A stretch of 64,000 nucleotides of DNA from Octopus sinensis (lineage: Eukaryota): NCBI RefSeq assembly GCF_006345805.1, contig NC_043006.1, forward strand, positions 51,894,001-51,958,000, written 5' to 3'. Made by a program: the position numbers and the translations under genes. A model generated the notes under the pieces. It ran no database searches, was not told the DNA's origin, and saw only the letters and a list, made by a program, of their open reading frames with translations. Below, piece after piece: positions 38,700 to 52,619 of the stretch; the first letter of the stretch is position 1, and each line of letters begins with the position of its first letter.

Positions 38700-38897
38700 C
38701 GGATGATAGTATGTCTTTGAGTAATTGACGAAAACTTGGTTGGTAAAGTTGAACACCAAGGCTGTTCTGAGCATTAAGATTTCTATATCTCTTCGTGAAT
38801 ATATACAAGGGGGTAAAGCTGTGCAACCAGTAGAGTTGATTGTATATCTTGTACAACAAACAGTGAAGCAGTAACAGGATACACACCCGGGCTGTAG
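38700..38897 (-). CDS. probable upstream exon of the filamin-like gene (66 codons, phase 1-1)
   Basis: Acceptor attctgcag and donor CCG|gtaaga. Open in the only frame that splices onto the CH exon (...DILSS-E-KQRKVNLLIW). Protein similarity is weak. Confidence 0.5.
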
Positions 38898-39029
38898 CTG
38901 CAGAATTCGTAAATATAATATATTTAAGTGAATAGGGTAAAACAAGTCCGTGGATCAAAATTACAATATCTAATAGTCAAAAAGAGTCTGAGAATGTTAC
39001 ACGTAGCTAAACATTTATATACATATATA

Positions 39030-39670
39030 TTTCTTTATTGCCCACAGGGGACTAAACATAGAGAGGACAAACAATGACAGACAAAGGGGTCAAGTCGATT
39101 ACATCGACCCCAGTGCGTAACTGTTACTTATTTAATCTACCCCGAAAGGATGAAAAGCAAAGTTGACCTCGGCGGAATTTGAACTCAGAACGTAGTGGCA
39201 GACGAAATACCGCTAAATATTTCGCCCGGTGTGCTAACGTTTCTGCCAGCTCGTCGCCTTTTAATACCTATTTCTTTACTACTCACAAGGGGCTAAACAC
39301 AGAGAGGAAAAACAAGGACAGACAAACGGATTAAGTCGATTACATCGACCCCAGTGCGTAGCTGGTACTTAATTTATCGACCCCGAAAGGATGAAAGGCA
39401 GGAAGGTTTCAGTTGACCCGATCAACTGGAACAGCCTGCTTGTGAAATGGACGTTCAAGTGGCCGAGCACTCCACAGACACAACAATCCATGACGTACTT
39501 GTCAGGGAAATTCAGCGTGATAACAAGGGTGACCCTTTGAAATACGGGTACTACTCATTTTTACCAGTTGAGTGGACCGAAGCAATGTGAAATAAAGTGT
39601 CTTGCTGAAGGGCACAACACAGCGCCAAGAATCTTACCCTAACCATTAAGCCATGCGTCTCCACTATACA
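39030..39670 (-). mobile_element. cluster of SINEs (two family a copies plus a family c copy)
   Basis: ggcggaatttgaactcagaacg heads, duplicated family a tails, and the gcaatgtgaaataaagtgtcttgc...aaccattaagccatgcgtctccac segment shared with 62705-63042. Confidence 0.75.
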
Positions 39671-39938
39671 TGCATGCATACATACATTGTTGTTGCTTCA
39701 TCCTTTAGAAGGAACAATTGTTTGTTCCTTCTCGAGGAACTGGCTCATAAGGGTCAGTTTCCCGGTTTCCTTGGCATATTAGTTCCCCACCTGGACGAGA
39801 CGCCAGTCCGTCGCAGGTGAGCTGCAAGATTCATGACGGAAGAGTGAGAGAAAGTTGTGGCGAAAGAGTCAGCAGAAGTTCGTCATTACCTTCTGCTGGA
39901 GTCGCATGGAGCTTATATATATATATATATATATATAT

Positions 39939-40149
39939 AAAAGGGTCTGTATGATTGTGTATAGAGGAATATATTATTCAAAGGAATATGTTTTATTATG
40001 TTTTATTTATATTCTTATAATATTAATGTAAGATATAGAATATATAGTATATATATAGTATATATAGTAAAGTGAAATGAAGAAATGAAGTATTGATTGT
40101 CTTATCGAATAGATGAAATACTGAATATCAAATATTAAATATATATATG

Positions 40150-40215
<66 letters not shown>

Positions 40216-40481
40216 TATATGTATATATATATGTATGTATGTATATATATATATATTATATATATATATATATATATAATATATATATATATCCATACAT
40301 ACATACATACATACATACATACATACATACTACATACATACATACATACATATAGATATATATGTATGTATATGTATATATATACAGGTTTTGTTATGCA
40401 AGCAGGAAAAATAGAACTCAATACATGAGAACACACACACACACACACACACATGCACACACGCACACATACACACACACG

Positions 40482-40516
<35 letters not shown>

Positions 40517-40644
40517 GTATATATGTGAGTGTGTGTGTGTGTTGAGTTCTATTTTTCCTGTTTGCATAACAAAACCTGTATATATACATATACATATACA
40601 TACATACATACATATATACATATAATATATATATCTATATGTAT

Positions 40645-40689
<45 letters not shown>

Positions 40690-41263
40690 TACATATATAT
40701 ATATATATATAGTGGTCGTATACTGTCAACTCAATGTGACAGTCCAGTAACGAAATTACACAACCGCCATTTAGCCCTAGGAAACATCGACGTCTCCTGT
40801 AGGCTTTGACACATTTCCTGTAAAATTTGAGTTGACAGTATACGACCATTATATCAATCCACCACCGGTTATGTCTCTCTGAGACATTTAGAAATTCAAT
40901 ATTTCTAATTTCGGTGATCAGTAAATAAATTTTACTGAAAATATGATATATTTGCGAAGAGCTTGCGGTCATCTCAGCGAGTGAGACTGACTACCCTGAA
41001 CTGACGACGAGCAATAGACTCAGAAACATATGTCTTCAGGTGCTGAGTCCCAGCTGGCGGGGGTGATTGCCTCCCATTTGCAAATATAAGGACACAGAAA
41101 GTGTGTCAAAGCCGACAGGAGACGTCGATGTTTCCTAGGGCTAAATGGCGGTAGTGTAATTCCCTTACGGGACTGTCACATTGAGTTGACAGTATACGAC
41201 AACTATATCGCTCCACCACCGCTTATGTGTCTCTGAGACATTTAGAAATTCAATATTTCTAAT

Positions 41264-41329
<66 letters not shown>

Positions 41330-41351
41330 TATTATATATATATATATATAT

Positions 41352-41391
<40 letters not shown>

Positions 41392-41420
41392 TATACATAC
41401 ATACATTATATATATATATA

Positions 41421-41497
<77 letters not shown>

Positions 41498-41505
41498 CAT
41501 ATATA

Positions 41506-41604
<99 letters not shown>

Positions 41605-41780
41605 TATATATATATTTAATATTTCATCTATTCAATAAGACAATCAATAATTCATTTCATTTTACTATATATACTATATCCTACATTAATATTATAAGAA
41701 TATAAATAAAACATAAAAAAACAGAGCTGGAATTCCTTTGAATAATATATTCCTCTATACACAATCATACAAACCCCTTT
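39939..41780. repeat. 1.84-kb nested foldback composite
   Basis: Outer inverted pair 39939-40148/41603-41780; inner inverted pairs 40362-40420/40541-40600 and 40711-40820/41097-41200; direct pair 40829-40910/41181-41263. Confidence 0.85.
40995..41040 (+). ncRNA. candidate minimal type I hammerhead ribozyme
   Basis: CCUGAA-CUGACGA-c-GAG-caauaga-CUC-a-GAAAC-AUAU-GU-C-UUCAGG. Stem I is 6 bp, stem III is the palindrome ACAUAUGU, the cleavage triplet is GUC, and there is a C.A irregularity at the base of stem II. Confidence 0.65.
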
Positions 41781-41785
41781 ATGTA

Positions 41786-41960
<175 letters not shown>

Positions 41961-42209
41961 TCAAACGGGTTTCCACATAGTTTCCGTCAACCGCATTCAC
42001 TCATAAGGCATGGGTTGGCCCAGATCTATAGCAGAAGGTGCTTGGCCAGGTGATACGCTGGACTGAATTTAAAACCATGTGACTGCGAAGTAAGCTTCTT
42101 AACCACAGAACCTGCGTTGCACACACGCACACCGACACGTACACACGCACACATATACACACGTGCACACAGATAGATGTGTAGGTATGTAGATAGATAA
42201 ATAGAAAGA

Positions 42210-42235
<26 letters not shown>

Positions 42236-42245
<10 letters not shown>

Positions 42246-42422
42246 AATTAAGGACTGAACACGAAAACGTGGACAGTCAACATGCTAGATATAGACGTCA
42301 AATCGCCATTCTCCACAAGGATTATGTTCCACATAATCCTTGTGGAGAATGGCGATTTGACGTCTATATCTAGCATGTTGACTGTCCACCTTTTCGTGTT
42401 CAGTCCTTAATTGGTATATATA
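42236..42422. repeat. near-perfect palindrome, 92-bp arms, 3-nt spacer, 1 mismatch
   Basis: ...ctccacaaggattatgt-tcc-acataatccttgtggag...; flanked on the left by (TA)n. Confidence 0.97.
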
Positions 42423-42503
42423 AATATTTTAATCTTCGGATTCTTTTTAATGTGCTAGACCACTGGTTTTAATTGACTAATATCAATTTCTACCCTTAAT
42501 TTT

Positions 42504-42566
<63 letters not shown>

Positions 42567-42663
42567 TATATTAACAATAATAATAAAGGGTAAATTGATT
42601 AATTAATTATTCCACCAAGTAGTATTCGGCATGTTAAAAGGACCATTTTCGGTAAACTTAAAC

Positions 42664-43043
42664 AATATTTTATAATTATGAGTTTAATTATAATTAGGGT
42701 TCAGTAAAAATTTGCTTCAAAACATACCGAACTTTAGAAATAGCATCCAAAGAACTTAGCTATATCTTCTACTGTAAGAAGAAACTCCCGGACAACATAT
42801 ACTCAAAACAACTCACGTAGACAGAGAGGAAAAACAACGGAATTCACTCCGTATTTGGTTACCTGTGGACGCGTTTCGGAATTAGATCGGTATGAAGAAT
42901 GTAAAAATCACACTTCATTTGATCATTTTCCTCTTCAGTAGTAGAAGAAATAGCTAAGTTCTTTGGCTGCTATTTCTAAAGTTCGGTATGTGGTGAAGCA
43001 AATTTTTGCTGAACCCTAATTATGATTATACTCATAATTATAA

Positions 43044-43049
<6 letters not shown>
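42664..43049. repeat. inverted repeat (110-bp arms, 166-bp spacer) with a hammerhead-like core in the spacer
   Basis: Arms 42664-42773/42940-43049. The spacer minus strand has CUGAAGA-GGAA...UUCC-GAAAC-GC-GU-C. Confidence 0.85.
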
Positions 43050-43085
<36 letters not shown>

Positions 43086-43176
43086 CCTGGGACCTTGAAG
43101 ACTGTTAATGCAAGAAAGTATACTTGTCCCTTAATATTTGATATTCAATATTTCATATATATATATATATATATAA

Positions 43177-43233
<57 letters not shown>

Positions 43234-43242
43234 CATAATACA

Positions 43243-43276
<34 letters not shown>

Positions 43277-43727
43277 CATACAGAGAGAAAGAGTGAGAGA
43301 GAGAGGAGGGGAGAGAAAGAGAGATGGATAGATAAGTAGATAGATAGATAAATAGAGAAATTAGCAAATATTCCTTAGCTACACACAAGACAAAATGTCA
43401 GAAAGAGGGTCAGTTAAATTCTTAAATATATCTCCTGTGTATATACGTATATACTACCAAACAAACATGACTTTTATTGAACTCAAAATACCTTTTGTAG
43501 TGCCGTTCTGATTACTTTCTTAAATACTTTCTTGTAAACTGTTTTTAACATTTTCTTATTATTATCAAAGAATGTATATATGTATTTTAATACTTTTGTG
43601 ACAACCAGGACTTAACACAACAAAGCTTATACAAAGCTTCACATTTTACTTTTGACAATCTTTTTCTAAAAAAAGTGAAACCGGTCAAGTGAATAAACAT
43701 CTTTAAAATTGCATTTTCAAAACTCCA

Positions 43728-43762
<35 letters not shown>

Positions 43763-43791
43763 CTGTGTGTTTGTGTGTGTGTGTGTGTGTA

Positions 43792-43896
43792 CAGGGGTTG
43801 GACAAAATAATGGAAACACCTTAAAATTTCAAACAAGTTTATCTTAATATGGAGAAGGATCGCCTTTGGCAGTAATTACTGCTTGAATTTTACGAG
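43792..43896 (+). mobile_element. Tc1-like terminal inverted repeat fragment
   Basis: TA|caggggttggacaaaataatggaaacacc, the reverse complement of the TIR ending at 9444. Confidence 0.8.
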
Positions 43897-44493
43897 ATAA
43901 CGCATTTTCAGCTGATGATCTTGTCTATGCTCACTAGAAGCTGCCCACTCCGGGAGACAAACCCACAACATTGTGATCGTAAGTTCAACTGCGTATAACT
44001 AAGCTAGATGCGTACAAAACATACAGACAGATGGACGGACAGCAAATTAGTCAAGCTATGCTGGCAAACAATATACAATATTGACACACTCTAATATAGA
44101 TATTTTGCTGAAAATTATAAACAAATCTATTTCAGGCATGTCACGTGTAGTTATTTGTCGGCTGGTAGGTTGGTGAATGGAAGCGGATTAACAATATTGC
44201 GGCTATACACTTATATAATCTGGATAAGCTCCTTACACAGCCTGATGAATATGATTAATAATGCTTGCATTTACAATACACACAAATATATGCATATGTG
44301 TGTGTGTGTGTGTGTATGTCACCGTGTGTACTCACATGCACACATATCAACACATACACATACACACACGCACACATGTATGGGTACATAAACACTCGCA
44401 CACATATAGAGAAAGATAGCTAGATAGATACTGATAGATAGATAGATAGATATGTGTGGCGTGTGTGTGTGTATGCGAGTGTATTTGTGTGCA

Positions 44494-44525
<32 letters not shown>

Positions 44526-44785
44526 GGTATATGTGTGCACGTAGATTTTCCTTTAAGTATCCAAAAAATCCACACCACTCATATCCGCACATTAACATAT
44601 TTCTCTTAAGCGAATAAGCATATATGAATATTATTGCAACCACTCGCAAAGAGACGTTCACATATATAAATATACGTTCATTAATATTTACCTACGTACA
44701 TACATGTGTGCATGCATACATACATACATACATACATACATACATACATACATACATACATACATACATACATACATACATACAT

Positions 44786-44995
44786 AGTTAATCCAAACAT
44801 GAACAAAGAGAAAACACAACGCGACTGATGTGGAACAAGTATAGTGTTATTGAACGCTCAGGAATGGAAAGAAAGAAGGAGGATTTAATGTTTCGAGCGG
44901 AGCTCTTCGTCAGAAACATAGAAAAAGGAAAAGTCAAAGGAAGGGAAGACGGAGAAAGAAAATCCCCAACGATACACACGCGGTCACATATTGAA
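44786..44995 (-). mobile_element. short dispersed repeat carrying a hammerhead motif (copy 1, decayed)
   Basis: Homologous to 56094-56300; motif at 44883-44917 reads GUUU-CUGACGA-A-GAGC-ucc-GCUC-GAAAC-AUU-AAAU. Confidence 0.75.
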
Positions 44996-45100
44996 CTGAC
45001 CCATACATACATACATACATACATACATACATACATACATACATACACATACACACATACATAATACATACATACATACATACATACATACATACATACA

Positions 45101-45133
<33 letters not shown>

Positions 45134-45984
45134 GATAGCAATGTCGTCGTGTTCGAAGATCATAAGAAAGAGCGGCACATTCTCTGAGGACAATGCATTT
45201 CTTTCTGCCCTCACTCAGTAGTTTGAAAGAGGGAACAGTCTATGTAATCCGATTCCACTCTTTAGACCTGGAAGGCTAAGACGACTGCGATGACCAAGAA
45301 GCTGTAGGTTTTATCTTGGAGTGTCTTCTGCAAGGTGAATTGCCTTGCAGGATTGGAGAGCTCCTTCTTCCTTAGGGTTGGCAGAAGGGCATCATAGAGT
45401 GCATCGGACCACCTGAAAGAATCACTGTTTGATTTGCCGTCGAGGGTGGCTCCCTTAGCCTTTTCTTGTCCCAAGGCATTCACAAAGCAGTGAGACTTTG
45501 TGTTTGGCATGTCTTCCATAACATACTAAGAAATCCATATCTGGCATCCTGTCAGATGCAAATAATCCGAGTCAGAGTTGGCCTGGGAACAATAGTGGTT
45601 TATAAGAAGTTCCATACTTTTCAAAATCCTGGGACTCCAGAAATAGTAATCCACAACAGAATGCATTATAAATTCATCCCTATGACATACATTCAATCAT
45701 GCATGCATGCATCCATCCATCTATACACACATGATTGCATACATATATCCTTACATTCATGCATACATACATACATACATACATACATACATACGTTATT
45801 ATCCTAAACATCAACAAAAACCCTCCTTTGTGCATGGCATGCGAACTCCTTGTCAAAACATCTTGCCAGTGTACACCGTTGATCTCACTACTTATATCGT
45901 AGTTTCCTACCTTATCGCACTATCACGTCATAAGTAGACGGAGCTTTTTCGCGCTACACACTCACACACACACACACACACACA

Positions 45985-47351
<1,367 letters not shown>

Positions 47352-48893
47352 TGTGTATGTATGTGTGTGTGTGGTGTGTGTATTGCATGCATACATACAC
47401 ACTCATACACATACATTTGTTGTTGGGCAAAATAGAAATATCCTGTTAAATTGACGTTTTATAATTTGACACAGGGTTGGTCAATCTTTGGCATCATTCA
47501 CAGTTGTAATACGTCGAGGAATTGATTCATACATGTTCTGAACGGTTGTTAGCGGAATGTTTACTAATTATTCATACAAAATCTGTTTTAGATCTTTCTA
47601 CAACGATGGCAGAAGGAAGCGGCTCTTCACTTGTTGCTGTTCGTCACATCTTTATTCATCTCATGTCCGTTGACCATATATCTGTCGACCGCATCTTATG
47701 AAACTACTTTTCTGCTGGCCGCTTATCACTTTCATCTACTTTATAGGTCACTCATCGAATTCAAATTTCCATCCATATTCAACTAATTAATCACCTCTTA
47801 CACCATGTACCGAATAGTTACCCGGTCACTGTAGTCTTCTCACAGTTAATAGCTTTCTGTCCACCTTCCCCCCTCTCTCTCTCTGTCTCACTACTGCCAA
47901 TCAGTCCATTCAGTATCCTTTGAAAACATGTTATACCTCTCGCTCTGACGAACAGTTCTGCTTGAAACATCAGACTTTTCATATTGCTTACGGCAAACCA
48001 GATTATTTCACTCCTGAACTCTTTAAACTCACTGGCTGCCGATGCAAATCATTAATAACTTATTCCAATTTTACTGTTTACTTTAATAACTAGAGCTGTT
48101 GTTGCTGCTAATGGTGTTGTTGTTATTGTTATATTTCTTGCTGGTGCCATTGCAATGACTATCCAACCCAGATTAATTATTGTAGATGAGAAGCTTAAGT
48201 GAAAGTAATCTACTAGTTTGTTCCTTTTGTGCTAAGAATGATTCTGCCGTCTTTCAAATCCCATCAACTGGTACAAATTATGAGAGGTAATGTCAAAACG
48301 AAAAACAAACAAGGAAATGACATTTTTTGTTGGATAGTTCAATTGTACTACCTCCAGAATAATATATTTTTCTTTGATAATCTCCTTCCGAAAAATCTTT
48401 TAATCGTTACAATGAGATTAGACTAATCTAGCTTAATCGTTAGAGTGACAGTCAAAATGCCTTACCGTATTCGTGGTTACTGCTTATGTTCTGAGTTCGA
48501 ATCCTGCCAAGATCAACATTGACTTTCCTCCTTTTGAGGGTCAATAGTATAAAGCGTCAATCAAGTATTAGGTGTCAGTATGACCAACTAACCTCGCCAT
48601 ATTTCTGATCTTGTGCCTCAATAAAGAAATCATTATAAAGAGTGGTCGACTGAACTGGCAGAATCGTTTGAGCGTCGGACAAAATCCTTGACGGTATTTG
48701 TTCGAGCTCTTTTCTTTATGACTTCAATCCTCGCAAACGTCACATTCAACCTTTCGGGATCAATAAAATAAGGTACCAGTCGAGTACTAGGGTCGAAATA
48801 TCGACTAACACCTACGCTCAAAATTGTTAGCCCTGTGCCTAAATTATCATTACTATCATCATTATCATTGCCGTCGCCATCATCGTCCTAGTT

Positions 48894-48994
<101 letters not shown>

Positions 48995-49010
48995 CATTAT
49001 TATTATTATT

Positions 49011-49872
49011 CTATGTTTGACTTTTGCTTTATTTTTGTACAAGTTGGCTCCAAGTCTCACCCAGAGACCTCAAGTGACAACAGGCTGGAAGTTCATGTTG
49101 TTGTTATGCCTAGTGTGCCATATATTTGGTTTTGTATTTAGCGTTGTACTAGTGAATGTCTAAATACGAAAATTATGTTTGTTTTAAAACTTGAGATTAC
49201 ATTCTATGTAATCTCAAGTTTTAAAACAAACATAATTTTCGTATTTTGCGTAGGATATGAGCAGTTCCCATGAGCACTATCTTTTGAATTTCTGCCATTT
49301 TGGGGTTTCCTGATATCTGAGTTAGGTAGCAATCAGCCCCTTTTGCTATCATTCCCAGGGCACCTATGACAACAGGTATTGTTTTAGTCTTCAGGTTCCA
49401 CATTTTGCTGATTTCTATTTCAAGATCTTTATATTTGCTCAGTTTTTGGTAGGTCTTGACAGATATGTTTATATCGATTGAGACAGTCATATCAATGAAG
49501 AGGCATGTTCTTTGTCTGAAGTCTTTCAATATGATGTCTGGCCTATTTGCATCTATCTTTCTGTCAGTTTGAATGGTGAAGTTCCAGAGGAGTGAGATGT
49601 CATTTTCAAGCTCTGGAGGTGGTTTGTGTTCCCACCTGTTTTTTTCATGGGGCAAATCCAGGTTTTTGATAATTACCCAGTGAATATATTGTGCAGCTCT
49701 ATCATGCCTGTTGAGATACTCTGTAGGCGCTAGAAGACTGCACTTGGAGACAACATGATCAATGGTTTCATTTTGTTGTTGACATACACGACACGTTGGG
49801 CTACTGCCGTTCTTTAATATGTTGGCCTGGTAGTTCCTTGTTGGTAGGCATTGATCTTGAGCTGCTATGATA
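49011..49872 (-). mobile_element. R4/Dong-like element, family C, 5'-truncated
   Basis: AAQDQCLPTRNY, CRVC...HVVSKC, RHDRAAQYIHW, NRPDIILKD...IDMTV; (AAT)n on the element sense strand at both ends. Confidence 0.85.
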
Positions 49873-49917
<45 letters not shown>

Positions 49918-49920
49918 TAT

Positions 49921-51038
49921 TTATTTTTTTCTTCTTTCAAATTTGCTTCCATTTCTTGCCGAGTGTCTTCCCGACTCCTAGGGCAAAGAAACTCATAGTA
50001 TACATTGGTAGGCCATTAAACCAAACTCAATAGTTCATCCATTTTTTATTTATTTTTTTAAGTTAAATTAAAATACATGAGCAGCAACAGTTCTCACATC
50101 GACAATGCTCTTCTCAATACGTGTGATGTACCAGTTAAGACAAACTTTTGCACTTCTTGCAGGGATGGTAAGCCAGGGATCATTCTCATATAATTTTCGG
50201 TTCCCTTCTTGATCATTTCTAGTGCTCCTACGATCACTGGTATTGTAACCGCCTTGAGATGCCACATTTTCTCAATTTTAATGAGTAGGTCTTTATATTT
50301 TCTGAGCTTGTCAAACTCTTTCGCTGAGATATTATGATCACAAGGGATGCTCATGTCGATCAATAAGCAAACTTTATTGTTTTGGTCTTTCACAACAATA
50401 TCTGGTTTATTGGCCTTGATGGTTCGGTCTGTATGTACTGGAAAGTCCCACAGAATCGTTACATTTTCTCCTTCAGTTACAGCCTCAGGGTGGTGATTAT
50501 ACCACTTGTCGGCAGTTTTGATATTGTAATGCCGACTTATTAGCCAGTGTAGATATTGGCCAACTCTGTCATGTCTTAATTTATACTCCACTGGTGCTAA
50601 GATTTTACATCCAGAGATTAGGTGGTCCACTGTTTCAATCATGTCGTTGCAGAATCGGCATTTTGGGTCTGCTCCACTTTTCATCACATTGGCCTGGTAG
50701 TTCCGGGTTAATAGGCTTTGATCTTGAGCAGCCAGGATGAAACCTTCGCTCTCTGCTTTTAGCCCTGAGCTCCGTAGCCACTGATGGGTTTGCTTCTGGT
50801 CAACATCAGCTTGTTTGCTGCGGGCCACATATTTGCCGTGCAAAGGTTTCTCCTCCCACCTATCAGCCAATTGCTCGTGCGCTTTTTTCGTTGCCATTAT
50901 TTTCACCTTCTTTGCAACAATAGTTGCCGTAATTCCCTCGGGTTGTTCAGTTTGGGTATCTTGCACGAGATCAATAGCAAATTCTTTGCTTTCCTTTATG
51001 ATAGAATGAAGCTTCTTTCGTCTCTCGTGATTTTCCAC

Positions 51039-51039
<1 letters not shown>
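49921..51039 (-). mobile_element. R4/Dong-like element, family B, 5'-truncated with open 314-aa C-terminal ORF
   Basis: WEEKPLHGKY, AAQDQSLLTRNY, CRFC...HLISGC, RHDRVGQYLHW, NKPDIVVKD..LIDMSIPCD; (AAT)n at both ends. Confidence 0.92.
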
Positions 51040-51076
<37 letters not shown>

Positions 51077-51563
51077 GAGTGAGAGAGCAGTGCATGCCAT
51101 CAAAGTGGCGCTGGGGTAAAATATATGAAGCCCAGTATACCCATCATGACTACTCGTCTGATAAGGGTACACCAGGCACATGCATCACAACCATATGTGC
51201 GTGACATGGTGATCTCATATCAAGATAAACAGCGCATGACCTTGCAGATGGGGCCCAGTTAGAAATTTCTTATAGTCGAGTAGCCCATCCCGCCCAAAAG
51301 GTCACTGAATAAGGATTGTTTAAGGATGTTGAACGAACCACCCATGTTTCCAGAGGTGAATTATCCACACCTCTAAGAATTCCTTTCAACACACGGCTAT
51401 GATGCTCCCCCACTACTTCTGCTCATGATCAGAGATGCACATATTGTCAGCCACTAAGGGACATAGTCAACTGGTTAAGGTCAAACAACTGACAAACAAA
51501 TCTGTGGTACTGAGCAGAATTTTTGTTGTAGCCCATCTTTTATACCAAGATAAAACAATGTAT
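51077..51563 (-). mobile_element. non-coding (AAT)n-tailed repeat, family E, 5'-truncated
   Basis: Reverse complement of about 28225-28708. Confidence 0.85.
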
Positions 51564-51618
<55 letters not shown>

Positions 51619-51640
51619 CTATCACCATCATTATTATCAT

Positions 51641-52500
51641 ATGTTTGACTTTTGCTTTGTACTTGTACAAGTTGGCTCCAAGTCTCACCCAGAGACAACA
51701 AGTTAGAAGTTAGAAATAGGGTATCATATACTTGGTCTTGCACATAGTACTATTCTAGAGAATATTTAAGAAAACATAAGAAAAATTTTAAAATTTGAGG
51801 TTACATAGACAGCATTTTACACAGGATATGGGCTGTTTCCACGAGCACTATCTCTTGAACTTCTGCCATTTTGAGGTTTCCTGGTATCTGAGCTAGGTAG
51901 GAATCACCCCCTTTTGCTATCATTATTAGGGCACCTATGACAACAGGTATTATTTTAGTCTTGAGGTTCCACATTTTGCCAATTTCTGTTTCAAGATCTT
52001 TACACTTGTTCAGTATTTGATAGGGCTTGACAGAAACATTTATGTTGATTGGGGCAGTCATATCAATGATGAGGCATAATTTTTGTCTGAAGTCTTTCAA
52101 TATGATGTCTGGCCTATTTGCATCTATCTTTCTGTCAGTTTGAATGGTGAATTTCCAGAGGAGTGAGGTGTGATCATTTTCAAGCACTGGAGGTGGTTTG
52201 TGTTCCCACCAGATTTTATCATTGGGCAGGTCCAGGTTTTTGGAAATTACCCTGTGAATATATTGTGCAGCTCTGTCATGGCTGTTGAGATACTCTGTAG
52301 GCGCAAGAAGACTGCACTTGGAGACAACATGATCAATGGTTTCATTTTGTTGTTGACATACACGACATGTTGGGCTACTACCGTTCTTTAATATGCTGGC
52401 CTGGTAGCTCCTTGTAGGTAGGCATGATCTTGAGCTGTTAAGATAAACCTTTCTGTTTCTGATTTTAATCCAGAAGACAATAACCATTGATGGGTAAGGG
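51641..52500 (-). mobile_element. R4/Dong-like element, family C, degenerate
   Basis: Same motifs and 3' end (gagacttggagccaacttgtacaa..aaagcaaaagtcaaacat) as 49011-49872. Confidence 0.85.
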
Positions 52501-52619
52501 CTTTGTCAACACCGGCATTATTAGCTGTCTTTGGGTATTTGCTTTTGAGAGGTTTTCTTGCCATTTATCATTCAGAATATCTTGAAAGAATTGGTAACGG
52601 GATGTCAGAAAAGTCTATG

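Noticed and set aside
48229-48430. DLKDG-containing minus-strand frame as a possible CH1 exon
   Set aside because: Flanked by in-frame stops and no compatible splice sites.
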